A DNA stretch of 64,000 nucleotides from Longimicrobiales bacterium (GCA_965203485.1 OZ241892.1:1312001-1376000), one strand, 5' to 3'. Positions 30,040-39,938 are shown, counted from the first letter of the stretch. A program made the numbers and translations. Notes: generated by a model from the sequence alone, not told the origin.

Positions 30040-31503
30040 CTATGCGCCCCGCGTCTTGCGCCGCTTCGGAACCAAGCGGGCCAGGAGACCGAAAGCGCGT
30101 CGCGCGACGGCGAGCGTCCAGCGCCCCCCGCGCGCCGCGGCCCCCAACAGTGCGCGAATCCAGTACGCCGTAGCAGGCATCAAGCGAGCGGCGGCGGCAG
30201 GCGGAAGCGGCGAGGCCGGAGCTGTTCGACGCGCGTCCGCCGTCGAGGACGCCGGCCGCTTCCGCGTCTCGGGCGCGCCTTCGTCGAGCGCGAGACTTGG
30301 TTGCCGCTTCCCGTCGCGTCCGGCCCGCTTCTTGGCTCTCTTCATCGATTCTGCCGCGCGCATTCGGCGCTCCGCGTCGTCCGCTGCCGAGGCCAGGGCC
30401 GAGAAGGAGCGGCCGGCGTCGGCCACGGTTGTTCCAAGCTGTTCCGCCCGCCCCACGAACGCGTCCAGCGAGCCGCCGAGGCGCTGGGCCGTCTGCTGCA
30501 ACGCCGCGGAGGCGGCTTCCGCGCTGTGGGCGGCGTGCTCGCCGAGGTCCGACACGGCGTGGTGCAAGCGGGCGATCTCCTGCTGCAGGGCGCGCGCCTG
30601 CCCCACCGCGCCGTCCATGGCCGCCGTCGCCTCGTTGCTGGCCTTCGAGAGCCCCGCGCGCGCCTGCTGGGAGGCGTCGCTCATGGCGCTCACGTTGCGC
30701 TGGACGCGTCCCAGCGCGCCGCCCAGCGCCTCGGCCTCTCCGCTCAGGTCCGCGATACCTCGCTTGGCTCCGTTCATGAGCTCGCGAAATCCGGAAGCCG
30801 CGCCGCCCAGCTCGGCCACCGAGTCCTTGAAGTCGCCGGCGCCGCTCGCAAGGTCGCGTGCCGTCTCGGTCACCTTCGCCGAGTACTCGCCCAAGGTCTT
30901 GGCGGTCGATGCGGCCCGCTTCGCGGATCCGGCGATGTGGTCGCCGGTCTTCTGAACTTCGCGCGCCGACGTGCGCAGATGGCCCATGATGTCTTCCATG
31001 CTCTGCGCGCCGCTGACCACGTTGCGCTTCATGTCGTCGATGGCCTCGGCCAAGCCGTGGGTCGCTTCCGCGACTACGTCGCCGGGAGACGCTTGGAACA
31101 CCGAGAACCAAACGCGTCCTGCGAGGCCGACGATAGTGGTAACCAGCGCGATCCCCAGGTTGCCGACGAGCGACATCGTGTCGGCGATCTCGTCTTCGCC
31201 GCCCGCGCCCGCCTGCAGGGTGAACTCGATCAGGGCCGCGACCATCGACGCGAACGTGAAGAGCAAACCCAGGTAGTAGATGCAGTCGCCCTTCGTGTCG
31301 GGCCCGACGTATTCGTTGCCGCGTGCAGTAAGCGCGTAGACGCCCATCAGAACGGCCAGCGCGGAGGCGATGACCCACTCGTTCCAGCCGAGAGAACGGA
31401 AGAGCACGAGCGTCGCCGCGCCGGTCGCCAACACCGCGAACCACGTCCGGTTGTGGTCGCGCCGGCCCCGCTCCGCGCCCTCCGCGCGCTCCTGCTCGGT
31501 CAT
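30040..31503 (-). CDS. MotA/TolQ/ExbB-like membrane protein with long helical tail (ZorA-like architecture)
   Basis: YYLGLLFT and GIALVTTIVGL TM motifs followed by roughly 250 aa of Ala-rich heptads; ATGA overlap with upstream gene. Confidence 0.65.
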   Translation of the reverse strand: MTEQERAEGAERGRRDHNRTWFAVLATGAATLVLFRSLGWNEWVIASALAVLMGVYALTARGNEYVGPDTKGDCIYYLGLLFTFASMVAALIEFTLQAGAGGEDEIADTMSLVGNLGIALVTTIVGLAGRVWFSVFQASPGDVVAEATHGLAEAIDDMKRNVVSGAQSMEDIMGHLRTSAREVQKTGDHIAGSAKRAASTAKTLGEYSAKVTETARDLASGAGDFKDSVAELGGAASGFRELMNGAKRGIADLSGEAEALGGALGRVQRNVSAMSDASQQARAGLSKASNEATAAMDGAVGQARALQQEIARLHHAVSDLGEHAAHSAEAASAALQQTAQRLGGSLDAFVGRAEQLGTTVADAGRSFSALASAADDAERRMRAAESMKRAKKRAGRDGKRQPSLALDEGAPETRKRPASSTADARRTAPASPLPPAAAARLMPATAYWIRALLGAAARGGRWTLAVARRAFGLLARLVPKRRKTRGA

Positions 31504-32324
31504 CCCTCCACCAAGACCCAGCGGGGCCGCGCCCGCAAGTCCGCTTCCTGATCGACGAAGTAGTCCTCCCAGAACGCCTCGAGCCGGGCTCCTTGAATCC
31601 GGCCGGCGCGGTCCCGGCGGGCAAGCAGAAACACGGTCGCCTCGGCGCCGTCCAAGTCCACCCGCAGGGTTTGGTAGGCGGGATCGCCGGCGAAGGCGCC
31701 GAAGTCCGGAGTCTCCCGGAAGAAGGACAGATCGGCGGAGTGCTGAACCATGTCGGACACCATGAGCAGATGGCGCTCGATCGCGGCGTCCCTCGGCTGG
31801 AAGGCGTCGACGGACGCCGTCTGGATCGCCTCCACGATCGGCGACGCCGTGTCGCCGGCTGCGCCCAGCAGGGCTCCGAGGGCTTCCTCGACCGGGTCCA
31901 GGAATTCCCGGCGGTAGCGCCTGCGGGCAAGATCGCGGTTCACCCACAGGCTCTCCAAGCGGCCGATGCCGGCCGGGTCGCGGGGCTTGCAGATCCGATA
32001 CTCCGGGGCGGCGTCGCCGCGGCCCGCCCGCGCGACGGCGTACACTCGTATCTCGGCGGATTCGGGGAGTCCTTCCAGCGCATCAATCACCCTGGGCGCC
32101 GCCGACAGTTGCTGCACGCCGCTCAACTCGTCCGACGGATCCAGCAGAACGACGGCCTGGGCCGCCGGCTGAGCGCCGACGAGGCAGTGGTCGTCGTCCT
32201 TCGCCGCGTCCTGGCTCTGGCCCAGCACGACCAAGGTCAGGAGGACCAAGCCACCCGCGATCGCCGTCGCAACGCCCCACCGGGTCTTGCGGCGTTCCCT
32301 GCGCCGGCGCGCCTGCCTGCTCAC
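31500..32324 (-). CDS. Membrane-anchored vWA-like protein
   Basis: Basic N-terminus plus TM, VVLLDPSD, SPIVEAI, LLMVSDM alpha/beta pattern. Confidence 0.6.
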   Translation of the reverse strand: MSRQARRRRERRKTRWGVATAIAGGLVLLTLVVLGQSQDAAKDDDHCLVGAQPAAQAVVLLDPSDELSGVQQLSAAPRVIDALEGLPESAEIRVYAVARAGRGDAAPEYRICKPRDPAGIGRLESLWVNRDLARRRYRREFLDPVEEALGALLGAAGDTASPIVEAIQTASVDAFQPRDAAIERHLLMVSDMVQHSADLSFFRETPDFGAFAGDPAYQTLRVDLDGAEATVFLLARRDRAGRIQGARLEAFWEDYFVDQEADLRARPRWVLVEG

Positions 32325-32336
32325 GAAGCCCTTCCG

Positions 32337-33806
32337 CTACTCATGATGCAGCGCCGTGACGCGCTCCACCTCGGCCTCGCACTTCTTGAAGCACCCCTGC
32401 AGTTCCCGGATGCGGGCATCCAGCGCGTCCTTGGCAGCCTGGCTGCGCCTTGCCGCCTCGGTTTCGTCGCCGATGTCCGCAGGCGGGGGCGGCTCGGGCA
32501 GTTCCCATTCGACCTCCAGCTTGCCCTCCAGCGGAACGTTCCACGCTTCGGGCGCCGGTTCGCTTCGGGCGCCGCGGTTCTCCGCCCGGTAGGCGCCGAC
32601 GGCGCCCGAGCACGCCTTCCTCAGGTCGGACGAGAAGCGGCAGAACTCGTCGTGGAGCCCTTGCAGTTCGGCGGCCGCTTCCTGGCCGCGCTTCCACAAG
32701 TCGGTCGGATCGGCAAACTCCTTGCGTTGCTGCAGAACAGCCTCGTCGAACTGGTCCCTGAGCCGGTCGAGCACTTCGCGCTCTTCCTCCAGGACGACGT
32801 TCTCCGCGCCGCGCCGGGCCGAGACCACCTTGCCGTATCCGGGATACGGATCGGTCATGCGCGACCACTCCCATGCGGCCGCGCCGCACATCGCCAAGCC
32901 GAGCAACAGCAGCATGTAGGACTGAAAGCCCTGAAGCGAGAAGCCTTGGGCGGCGAACAGGCAGACGGCCTCGCCGTCCGCCGCCGCTTCGTCGTCGCCT
33001 CGCCAGCAGCTCTCGCTGCCGGCTTGAGCCCCGGCCGACTCGCCCGGCGGCCCGCCCAGCATGCCGTCGTCCTGCACCACGGCGGAGCCCGGTTCCGGGG
33101 GATAGTCGGGCGCCAAGGCTTCCCGGTAATGCGCCACAGCCAGGTTCCAGCCGACCGCGCCCGCGACCACCACGGTCACCAGGATGCATCCGACGAACTT
33201 GCGCAACTGGTCGCGGTGCAGTACTTGGCGGCCGAACCAAGTTGCGAGCAGGCCGACCACCCCGACGTTGATGACGCTGATCAACGCGGCGTACGTGAGT
33301 CCCCCGACCAGGCTTCCCTCGAGGTTGGCGCCGAAGAAGAGTCCGTTGACTACGGTCTCGACGACAACGAGCCCGACCAGGACGCCCATCGACCAAGACC
33401 GGTTCTCGGGCAGCCGTGCCGCGCGCTCGAGGCGGTGGTCGTCCTTGAACTTCTTGACCTCGTCGATCGCCTCTTGGGCCGACCGCGCGAGGCGCTGCAG
33501 TTCGTGGCGCTCGCCGGCGACCATGCGGTCCATGGCGTTGCACGCCTCCTTGACGCGCGCGCCGGGGTCGGCGTCGCTCTTCGGGTCCACGCTCGAGTCG
33601 ATGCGGTCCTCGAGCACCCGGCGCTGTCTGGCGTACGCCCGGCGCTCGCTTGTGAAGCGCCCGGTGCAGTCGCTGACCACTTCCGTCTCGACCGCGTCCG
33701 GCCCTGGCTGCGTTGCCGGCGGCATGTTCATTTTGCCCCGCTCGCGCCCTTTGGCGACCAGCCGGTGGCGGGAGACCAGCGACTGCACGTCGGGAACCCT
33801 TGTCAT
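32337..33806 (-). CDS. Four-TM membrane protein with N- and C-terminal coiled coils
   Basis: Hydrophobic segments with polar E/N residues (VVVETVVNG, VINVG, GWNLAVAHYR), DPYPGYG after TM4; start 33806 or 33731. Confidence 0.7.
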   Translation of the reverse strand: MTRVPDVQSLVSRHRLVAKGRERGKMNMPPATQPGPDAVETEVVSDCTGRFTSERRAYARQRRVLEDRIDSSVDPKSDADPGARVKEACNAMDRMVAGERHELQRLARSAQEAIDEVKKFKDDHRLERAARLPENRSWSMGVLVGLVVVETVVNGLFFGANLEGSLVGGLTYAALISVINVGVVGLLATWFGRQVLHRDQLRKFVGCILVTVVVAGAVGWNLAVAHYREALAPDYPPEPGSAVVQDDGMLGGPPGESAGAQAGSESCWRGDDEAAADGEAVCLFAAQGFSLQGFQSYMLLLLGLAMCGAAAWEWSRMTDPYPGYGKVVSARRGAENVVLEEEREVLDRLRDQFDEAVLQQRKEFADPTDLWKRGQEAAAELQGLHDEFCRFSSDLRKACSGAVGAYRAENRGARSEPAPEAWNVPLEGKLEVEWELPEPPPPADIGDETEAARRSQAAKDALDARIRELQGCFKKCEAEVERVTALHHE

Positions 33807-34107
33807 GTCCGACGGGGCGGGGGAGTCGGCCGTGGCGTGGTCAATGCGGGTTCCGTCGCGGAGGGAATGGGCGTTCTTGGCGAAGAAAGCTGGCGGGGGC
33901 GGGCCGCCTGGGACTCGCCAGCTGCCCTTTGGCGGCGTCTCCGGCGCCCGGCCTATGTTGTCCGGCGTCGCGTCGCCGGGTGGGCGCGTCGCCCTCGCAG
34001 GCCGCTCTCCGGCTCCGCGAGCCCGGCGGCCCCGGACGCGAAACATCCGTGCGCGAGTGTTGCCCGAAGGGCTCCTACGCCGCCCAATTCTACGGAGTTT
34101 CGCCCCC

Positions 34108-36201
34108 ATGCGTCCAGCCCTGAAGCGCGCTCTCGGCTCTTGGGCGCTGGCGACGTGGGCCGTGCCCGCGGCGGCGGGAACGATCGCGGGCGACCATTCG
34201 GCGGAGGCGCGGGCTCCTGCGGGCGCGCCGGCCGGGGCCGCCTCGGCCAGGCTGTGGCGCGGCTGCCCTGCTCGGGCGCCGATTCCCGCGCGGGCGTACC
34301 CGACGAGCGCCTGTCCCGGCGCCCGGAAACATGCGGCGGCTCGGCAGGCGGCCGATCCTCAGGTCTCCCGTGCCCGACGGCTCGCCGAACGCGACTCCGC
34401 CCGCGCCCACGACCGCGCCCGCCGCCTCCAGGCCGGCTTCGAGAGACGGCGCCTGCACCGGAGCCCGCGCGCGTCCGGCGGCTCCCGCCGGTGCGATGAA
34501 GTCGTGGGCCGGCTCTGCGTTTGGCACGGCGACGAGCCCGACTCGCTGCCCCCGGAGCCGGTTGCGGTCGGCGCGGCCCGAGCGGGCCTCCTCGCAGACC
34601 TGGATTCGCTTGCCGGCCTGGCCCCCGGCGACCACTGGATCTTCGGCCAGCGAATTCGCTACATGGCGGAGGCGGGCCACCTCGCCGCCGCCGCCCGGCT
34701 GGCTCGCGCATGCGGACTTCCGGAACCTTGGCGCTGCACGGCGTATCTCGGCTTCGTCCACCACGAGGCCGGCGACGCGCAGTCCGCGGAAGCGGCGTTT
34801 CGCGCGGCGCTGGCAACCATGCCGGCCGGCCGAGCCGCGCAATGGGCCGACCCTTCGCCGGTCCTGGACCCCGGCCTTCGCCGCTGGCTCGAGTCGCGCC
34901 CGGACTCCGCGGCCGCCGCGGCCCACCTCTGGACGCTGGCCGACCCTCTCTTTCTTTCCAAGGGCAACGAACGCTGGGCCGGGCACCTGAGCCGTTGGAC
35001 CTACGCCATGAGCGCGGAGCGGTCTTGGAGCCCTCATCAGATGCGCTGGGGCGACGACCTGACGGAGGTCGTCGTGCGCTACGGCTGGCCGGCCGCGTGG
35101 GAGCAGTCCTGGCCCTCGGCGGGCGAGGCGACCGGCGCCGCGGTCGGGCGCGAGCCGCCCGGAGCGCGCCGCGCCTTTCCCCCTCGCGCCGTGCTCGAGC
35201 CCGGCCTGGGGCGCGCGGAGCCCTGGCCGCCCCCGTCCGCGGGGGGACAGGCCATCTACGTCCCGCCGTTCCTCGACTCCATCGGCGTCCTCGCCGCGCA
35301 GGTCGGCCGCTTCTGGAGGCCCGGCGGCGTCCTGGTGGTCGCGGCGGCCGAGGTGCCGGACCTGCCCGTCCCGAAGCGCGAGAGCCCGGCGGGCGCCGGC
35401 ATGGAGCAGGCGACGCTCGACGCAGGCCGGGCAGGGTCCGGACGGCCCGTTCCGGCCGCCATGGCCGGACTCTTCCTCGCGCGCGACGGCGAGATCGCGA
35501 TGGAGGCTTGGCGCGCCGCTCGCCCGGGCACGACCGTCCGCTTTGCAAGCTCGGCGCCCGTCCGCGGCGCCGGCGTGGTCAGCGTGGAGACGTGGATTCC
35601 CGCCGGGCGCGTCGCCCATCGAGTGCGCGTCGGCATGGCGCTTCCGGCGCTCGTGCCCGGGTTGCTCGCCATGTCCGACTTGGCGCTCCTGGAGGCGTCG
35701 GCCGAGCCCCGCGACGCCCTCGAGGCGGCCGGTGCCCTCAGGACGGGCGCGGCCTACCGGGGCGCCGACTCCATCAATCTGGCGTTCGAGGTGTACGGCG
35801 CGGGCGGCACGCAGGCGACGGTCTCGTTCGCCGCTTGGGTGGAGAGCAGGGAAGGCCTGCTCACGCGCCTAGCGCGACGACTCGGCCTCGCCGGACCCCG
35901 GCGCGCGGCCTTCGTCGAATGGGCCGAGCCTGGGCCGCCTGCCTCCGCGCCGCTGTTTCGCACCCTGCGAATTCGCTTGCCCGCGCTCGCACCCGGCGCG
36001 TATCGGTTGACGGTTGAGGCGTCGGCGCAAGGCAAGCTGCCCGCCCGCCGCAGCCGCCGCTTCACGGTCGACTCCCCGGCGCGGAGGCGAAAGAACTGGC
36101 GCGCCCAGCCCTCCGTGGCCAAGTTGCCCCGCAGGAGAGCCGTTCGGCCCCCGGTCGGCTCCCAGCCCGGTCCGCCTTCCCGCCCAACCAAGGAGAATCC
36201 C
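34108..36201 (+). CDS. Secreted GWxTD-like domain protein (no stop before the next gene; same frame)
   Basis: Signal-like N-terminus, LWTLADPLFLSKGNER...WGDDLTEVVVRYGWP, MSDLAL, beta-rich tail ending RRFTVD; end coordinate is nominal. Confidence 0.55.
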
Positions 36202-37995
36202 GTGAAGACGCGTTTCGCCGTTGCGGTTGTCTCCGTCCTTGCCTCGGCGCCGTCCACTGCCGCGCCGCAGCTCTCCCAATTGCCGGCCGGCGCCGAGTAC
36301 GGAAGCCACGCCGTGGGACTGGCCGCGGGCTTCGCCGTGGACTCCCGGCACCGCTTCGATCCTTGGAACGCGCACTACGGAAGGGCGCCGTACCGCGCCA
36401 TGCTGCGGCGGGTCGAGGCGTCAGGGCAACGCCGCGCGGTCGCCTTCCATCTCTGGTATCCGGCGGCGCCGGCGCCCGGAGGGGAACGGCTGGTCGGCCT
36501 TCGCTCGCCCTTTCCGGCCGCGAGCGGACGGCGCGCCGTTTACCCGGACCTTTTCTTTCAGGACTCGGCCGCCGCCGCCGCCGCTGTAGCGGGAGAACTC
36601 GAGGCCGGCATGATCCATTCCGCCGACGAAGGCGAGCTGGATCTCGGCGTGCACCAAGCCGCCGTGAGCCGGCTGGCCGCGACGATGGTCGGCCAGCCTC
36701 TGGGCGCTTGGTGGAACGCCCGGCCCGCGGACGGCGCCTTTCCCTTGGTGCTCCTCGCGCACGGACTGGGAGGCAACTCGGCCATGTGGGCCTCCCTGGG
36801 CGAGTTCCTCGCGTCCCACGGCTACGTCGTGGCCGCGCCCACCTTCGTGTCGGACGGCTCGCCCGCCCTGGTCTTCCACGACGAGGACTCGCCCTACGCG
36901 GACCGGGCGTCTCCGGCCGAGCTGAGGCGGGCGTACGGCTTGCTCGCGGGCGAACCCAAGGTCGTCCCGTACTTCTACCGGTTCTTGTTCGGCCGCGAAG
37001 TCGGCGAAGGACCCGGCTCGCTGGACGTGGTCGACGTGGGTTCCGTGAGCCTCGTGCCCGGCGGCGTGGAGCGCGCGACGACGATGATGCGCAATCTGTT
37101 TCGGCAACGCGTGTCGGACTTCGGCTTGCTTCTCGGCACCGTCCGCCTGCTGGGCGAGGAACGCGGCACGTGCTCGGTCGCGCTTTCGTCGATGGGGGCC
37201 ACGAGCGCGGCCCGCGATCTCTGCGGGCTGCTGGAGGGCCGCCTGGACGATCGGCCGGCCGGCGCGGCCGGGCACTCCCTGGGCTCGATGACGGCGCAGC
37301 TCGCGGCCAACCACCTGCCGGGCGTGGCGGCGGCCGCCGGCTTCAACAACGGGCCTCCCTTCACGTGGACCCCCGAGGAGATGCTGGGCGGCCGGGAAGC
37401 CGAGGACGGACTGCCGGGAGGGATAGAGAAGCCTCTGCTGCTGATGATCGGCGACGAGGACGCCTTCGTGCAGTCCGTGTTCGTCGGCCTGTTCCAGTCG
37501 ATGGTTTCCCGAGCGGGCGGCGACCCCGCCGCGGCGTTTCCGCTGGCGCCGGAACGGGCCCTGCCCGAGCGCGACGACAATCCCCAGCCGGTGGCGCTCA
37601 GCACGTGGCGCCGGGCCGGCGCAGCCCGCATGCTGGTCACGGTGCGCGACGTCGACCACGGCATTCTCGTGGTCGACTTGCCCCGCGTCTTCTCGTGGAC
37701 GGCCTTCCAGCGCGGCGAGGCGGCCTTCGGCTTCGCTCCGATGCGCCGGCGCAAGCCCACCGGAACGGACGCGCTGGCCCGCAGTCCCGCGCCGGGCGAG
37801 CCGTTCGACCTGCTGGGCTGGGCCTCCGCGGGCGCTTCGGGCGAGGTCTACATGCCCCACGTGGTGCGCGACTGGTACCTGCACGCTTGGTTCGACTGGC
37901 ATCTCAAGGACGACGAGGAAGCCCGCGCGCGCCTTGCCGGCGACGATCCGTTCGGCGGCATGACCCACGCGCGCAAGGATCTTTCCCGGCCGTGA
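36202..37995 (+). CDS. Secreted alpha/beta hydrolase (PAF-acetylhydrolase/dienelactone hydrolase-like)
   Basis: AAGGAG RBS plus GTG, signal peptide, FPLVLLAHGLGG, LASHGYVVAA, GHSLG nucleophile elbow, DVDH. Confidence 0.75.
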   Translation: MKTRFAVAVVSVLASAPSTAAPQLSQLPAGAEYGSHAVGLAAGFAVDSRHRFDPWNAHYGRAPYRAMLRRVEASGQRRAVAFHLWYPAAPAPGGERLVGLRSPFPAASGRRAVYPDLFFQDSAAAAAAVAGELEAGMIHSADEGELDLGVHQAAVSRLAATMVGQPLGAWWNARPADGAFPLVLLAHGLGGNSAMWASLGEFLASHGYVVAAPTFVSDGSPALVFHDEDSPYADRASPAELRRAYGLLAGEPKVVPYFYRFLFGREVGEGPGSLDVVDVGSVSLVPGGVERATTMMRNLFRQRVSDFGLLLGTVRLLGEERGTCSVALSSMGATSAARDLCGLLEGRLDDRPAGAAGHSLGSMTAQLAANHLPGVAAAAGFNNGPPFTWTPEEMLGGREAEDGLPGGIEKPLLLMIGDEDAFVQSVFVGLFQSMVSRAGGDPAAAFPLAPERALPERDDNPQPVALSTWRRAGAARMLVTVRDVDHGILVVDLPRVFSWTAFQRGEAAFGFAPMRRRKPTGTDALARSPAPGEPFDLLGWASAGASGEVYMPHVVRDWYLHAWFDWHLKDDEEARARLAGDDPFGGMTHARKDLSRP

Positions 37996-39854
37996 AGCCG
38001 GCTCCACCGCGTTGCGCTCGGTCCGCGATTCGACGTGGGCGCTTCGGGCCGCGCGCGGTCGTTCTTGCGGTCGTTCTCGCCGCTCCGGCCGTGCCCTCGG
38101 CGTCCTCCGCATCCCAGTCCCACAGCCTCGTCTCGCCGTCCGGCCAAGTCGACTGGAACCGCTTCTACACGGCCGCCGAGACCGACCAGATCCTCCGAGA
38201 GTTCCATGTCCTCTACCCGGGCCTCGCCGAGCTCCACGAGATTGGCCGAAGCTACCGCGGGCGGCCGCTCATGGTGATCGAGATCACCAACGAAGCCACG
38301 GGCCCTGCGGCCGAGAAGCCCGCTCTTTACGTGGACGGCGGCATCCACGCCGGGGAACTCACGGCCTCCGCCGTCGCGACGCATTTGGTCGGCCACCTCC
38401 TGAACGGCTTCGGCCGCGACCCCCGCGTCACCGCGCTCTTGGATGCGCGAGCCTTCTACGTGCGACCCAAGTTCAATCCGGACGGCTCGGACTTGGCGCT
38501 CGTCCACGACCAGTTCCTGCGCAGCACGACCCGCCCCGTCGACGAAGACGAAGACGGGAGCGCCGACGAAGATCCGCCCGAGGACCTGAACGGGGACGGA
38601 TGGATCACGCAGATGCGCGTCCCCGATCCCCAAGGAGACTGGGTGGCCGACCCCGATGACGAGCGCATTCTGGTGCGCGACCCCGAACAGCAGGGGGCCG
38701 CCTCTGCCGGCGCCCGCGCCTCCGCCCGATGCCCGCGCGGGGCCGTACCCGCCAGTTGCCGCTACTCCCTCTTCCGCGAGGGTCTGGACAACGACGGAGA
38801 CGGCGCCGTCAACGAGGACGGAATCGGCGGCATCGACATGAACCGCAACTTCCCGCGCAACTGGGAGCGCCGCCATCTGCAGGCGGGCGCGGGCGACTAC
38901 CCGCTCTCGGAGCCCGAGACTCGCGCCGCCGCGGAGTTCGTCAACGCGCGCCGCAACATCACGGGCATCGTCCACGGCCACACGTCGGGCGGCTTCGTCT
39001 ACCGGCTCCCGTCCGCCTCGGCGCCTTCGCTGTTCCCCAAGGACGACCTGGCGCTGATCCTCCACTTGGGCGAGGAGTACACGCGGACGACCGGCCGGCC
39101 CGTTGCGCCGAGCGCCACCCATCCCACCGAGCACCGCTACGGCACGTTCATATCGTGGGGCTACTGGGACCACGGCGTGATCGGCTGGGTGCCCGAGTTC
39201 TCGCCGGGGCCGGAGGCGTGGGTCACCGACTACGACGGCGACGGCGAAGCGAGCGCCGCCGAGCAGCACCGGTTCAACGACGAAGAGCTGGGCGGACGCT
39301 ACTTCGCGGACTGGACCCCCTACGAACATCCGCAGCTGGGCGCCGTGGAGATCGGGGGCTGGCGCTCCAAATTCTGGGGCCAGAATCCTCCGCCGGAGTT
39401 CCTTGAGGAGGAGACGGCGGCGCAGTTGCCGTGGATTCTCTACTTGGCGGAGCAGAGTCCCTTGCTGGCCGTGACGGAGACGCGGGTCGAACCGCTGGAC
39501 GAAGACGGCCTGTTTCGCGTGAGCGCGACCGTCTCCAACGAAGGATTCCTGCCGACGAGCGCGACGGGGCGGGGCGCCGTGGGCCGCGAGCGCCCGGACG
39601 GCGGCGTGGACCGGCAGGTGGTGCGCCCGCCCGCTGTCGCCTTGGAGCGCCGCGGCTTGGAGATCGTGTCCGGCGGCGCCCGGATCGCCCTAGGGCATTT
39701 GGCGGGCGCCAACGCGTTCCTGGCCACGGGCGCCGGCCGCGAGGCGACGGTCTCGTGGACCGTGCGCAAGACGGCCGCAGAGGCGCGCGTGCGCGTGGTG
39801 GCCTCGTCGGACAAGGGCGGCGTGGCCCGCTCCGGCTGGACCGACGTGCCCTGA
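37992..39854 (+). CDS. Secreted M14 zinc carboxypeptidase
   Basis: GIHAGE (HxxE), NPDG, DMNRNF, SEPET, HGHT; Dx(D/N)xDG loops. Confidence 0.88.
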   Translation: MKPAPPRCARSAIRRGRFGPRAVVLAVVLAAPAVPSASSASQSHSLVSPSGQVDWNRFYTAAETDQILREFHVLYPGLAELHEIGRSYRGRPLMVIEITNEATGPAAEKPALYVDGGIHAGELTASAVATHLVGHLLNGFGRDPRVTALLDARAFYVRPKFNPDGSDLALVHDQFLRSTTRPVDEDEDGSADEDPPEDLNGDGWITQMRVPDPQGDWVADPDDERILVRDPEQQGAASAGARASARCPRGAVPASCRYSLFREGLDNDGDGAVNEDGIGGIDMNRNFPRNWERRHLQAGAGDYPLSEPETRAAAEFVNARRNITGIVHGHTSGGFVYRLPSASAPSLFPKDDLALILHLGEEYTRTTGRPVAPSATHPTEHRYGTFISWGYWDHGVIGWVPEFSPGPEAWVTDYDGDGEASAAEQHRFNDEELGGRYFADWTPYEHPQLGAVEIGGWRSKFWGQNPPPEFLEEETAAQLPWILYLAEQSPLLAVTETRVEPLDEDGLFRVSATVSNEGFLPTSATGRGAVGRERPDGGVDRQVVRPPAVALERRGLEIVSGGARIALGHLAGANAFLATGAGREATVSWTVRKTAAEARVRVVASSDKGGVARSGWTDVP

Positions 39855-39905
39855 GCCGGACGAGACCGAGCCTCGAACCGTCGCCTTGTTGCGCGTTCAT
39901 GCCTT

Positions 39906-39938
39906 AATCCGGAACAAGGCACATGCTTATTCCAGATT
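39906..39938. other. AT-rich 13-7-13 imperfect inverted repeat
   Basis: AATCCGGAACAAG-GCACATG-CTTATTCCAGATT; arms match 11/13. Confidence 0.5.

Noticed and set aside
28818..31503. Calling the pair canonical Zorya zorA/zorB or flagellar motA/motB
   Set aside because: No OmpA-like domain in the B subunit, and no zorC/D/E or flagellar genes nearby; only the architecture is similar.
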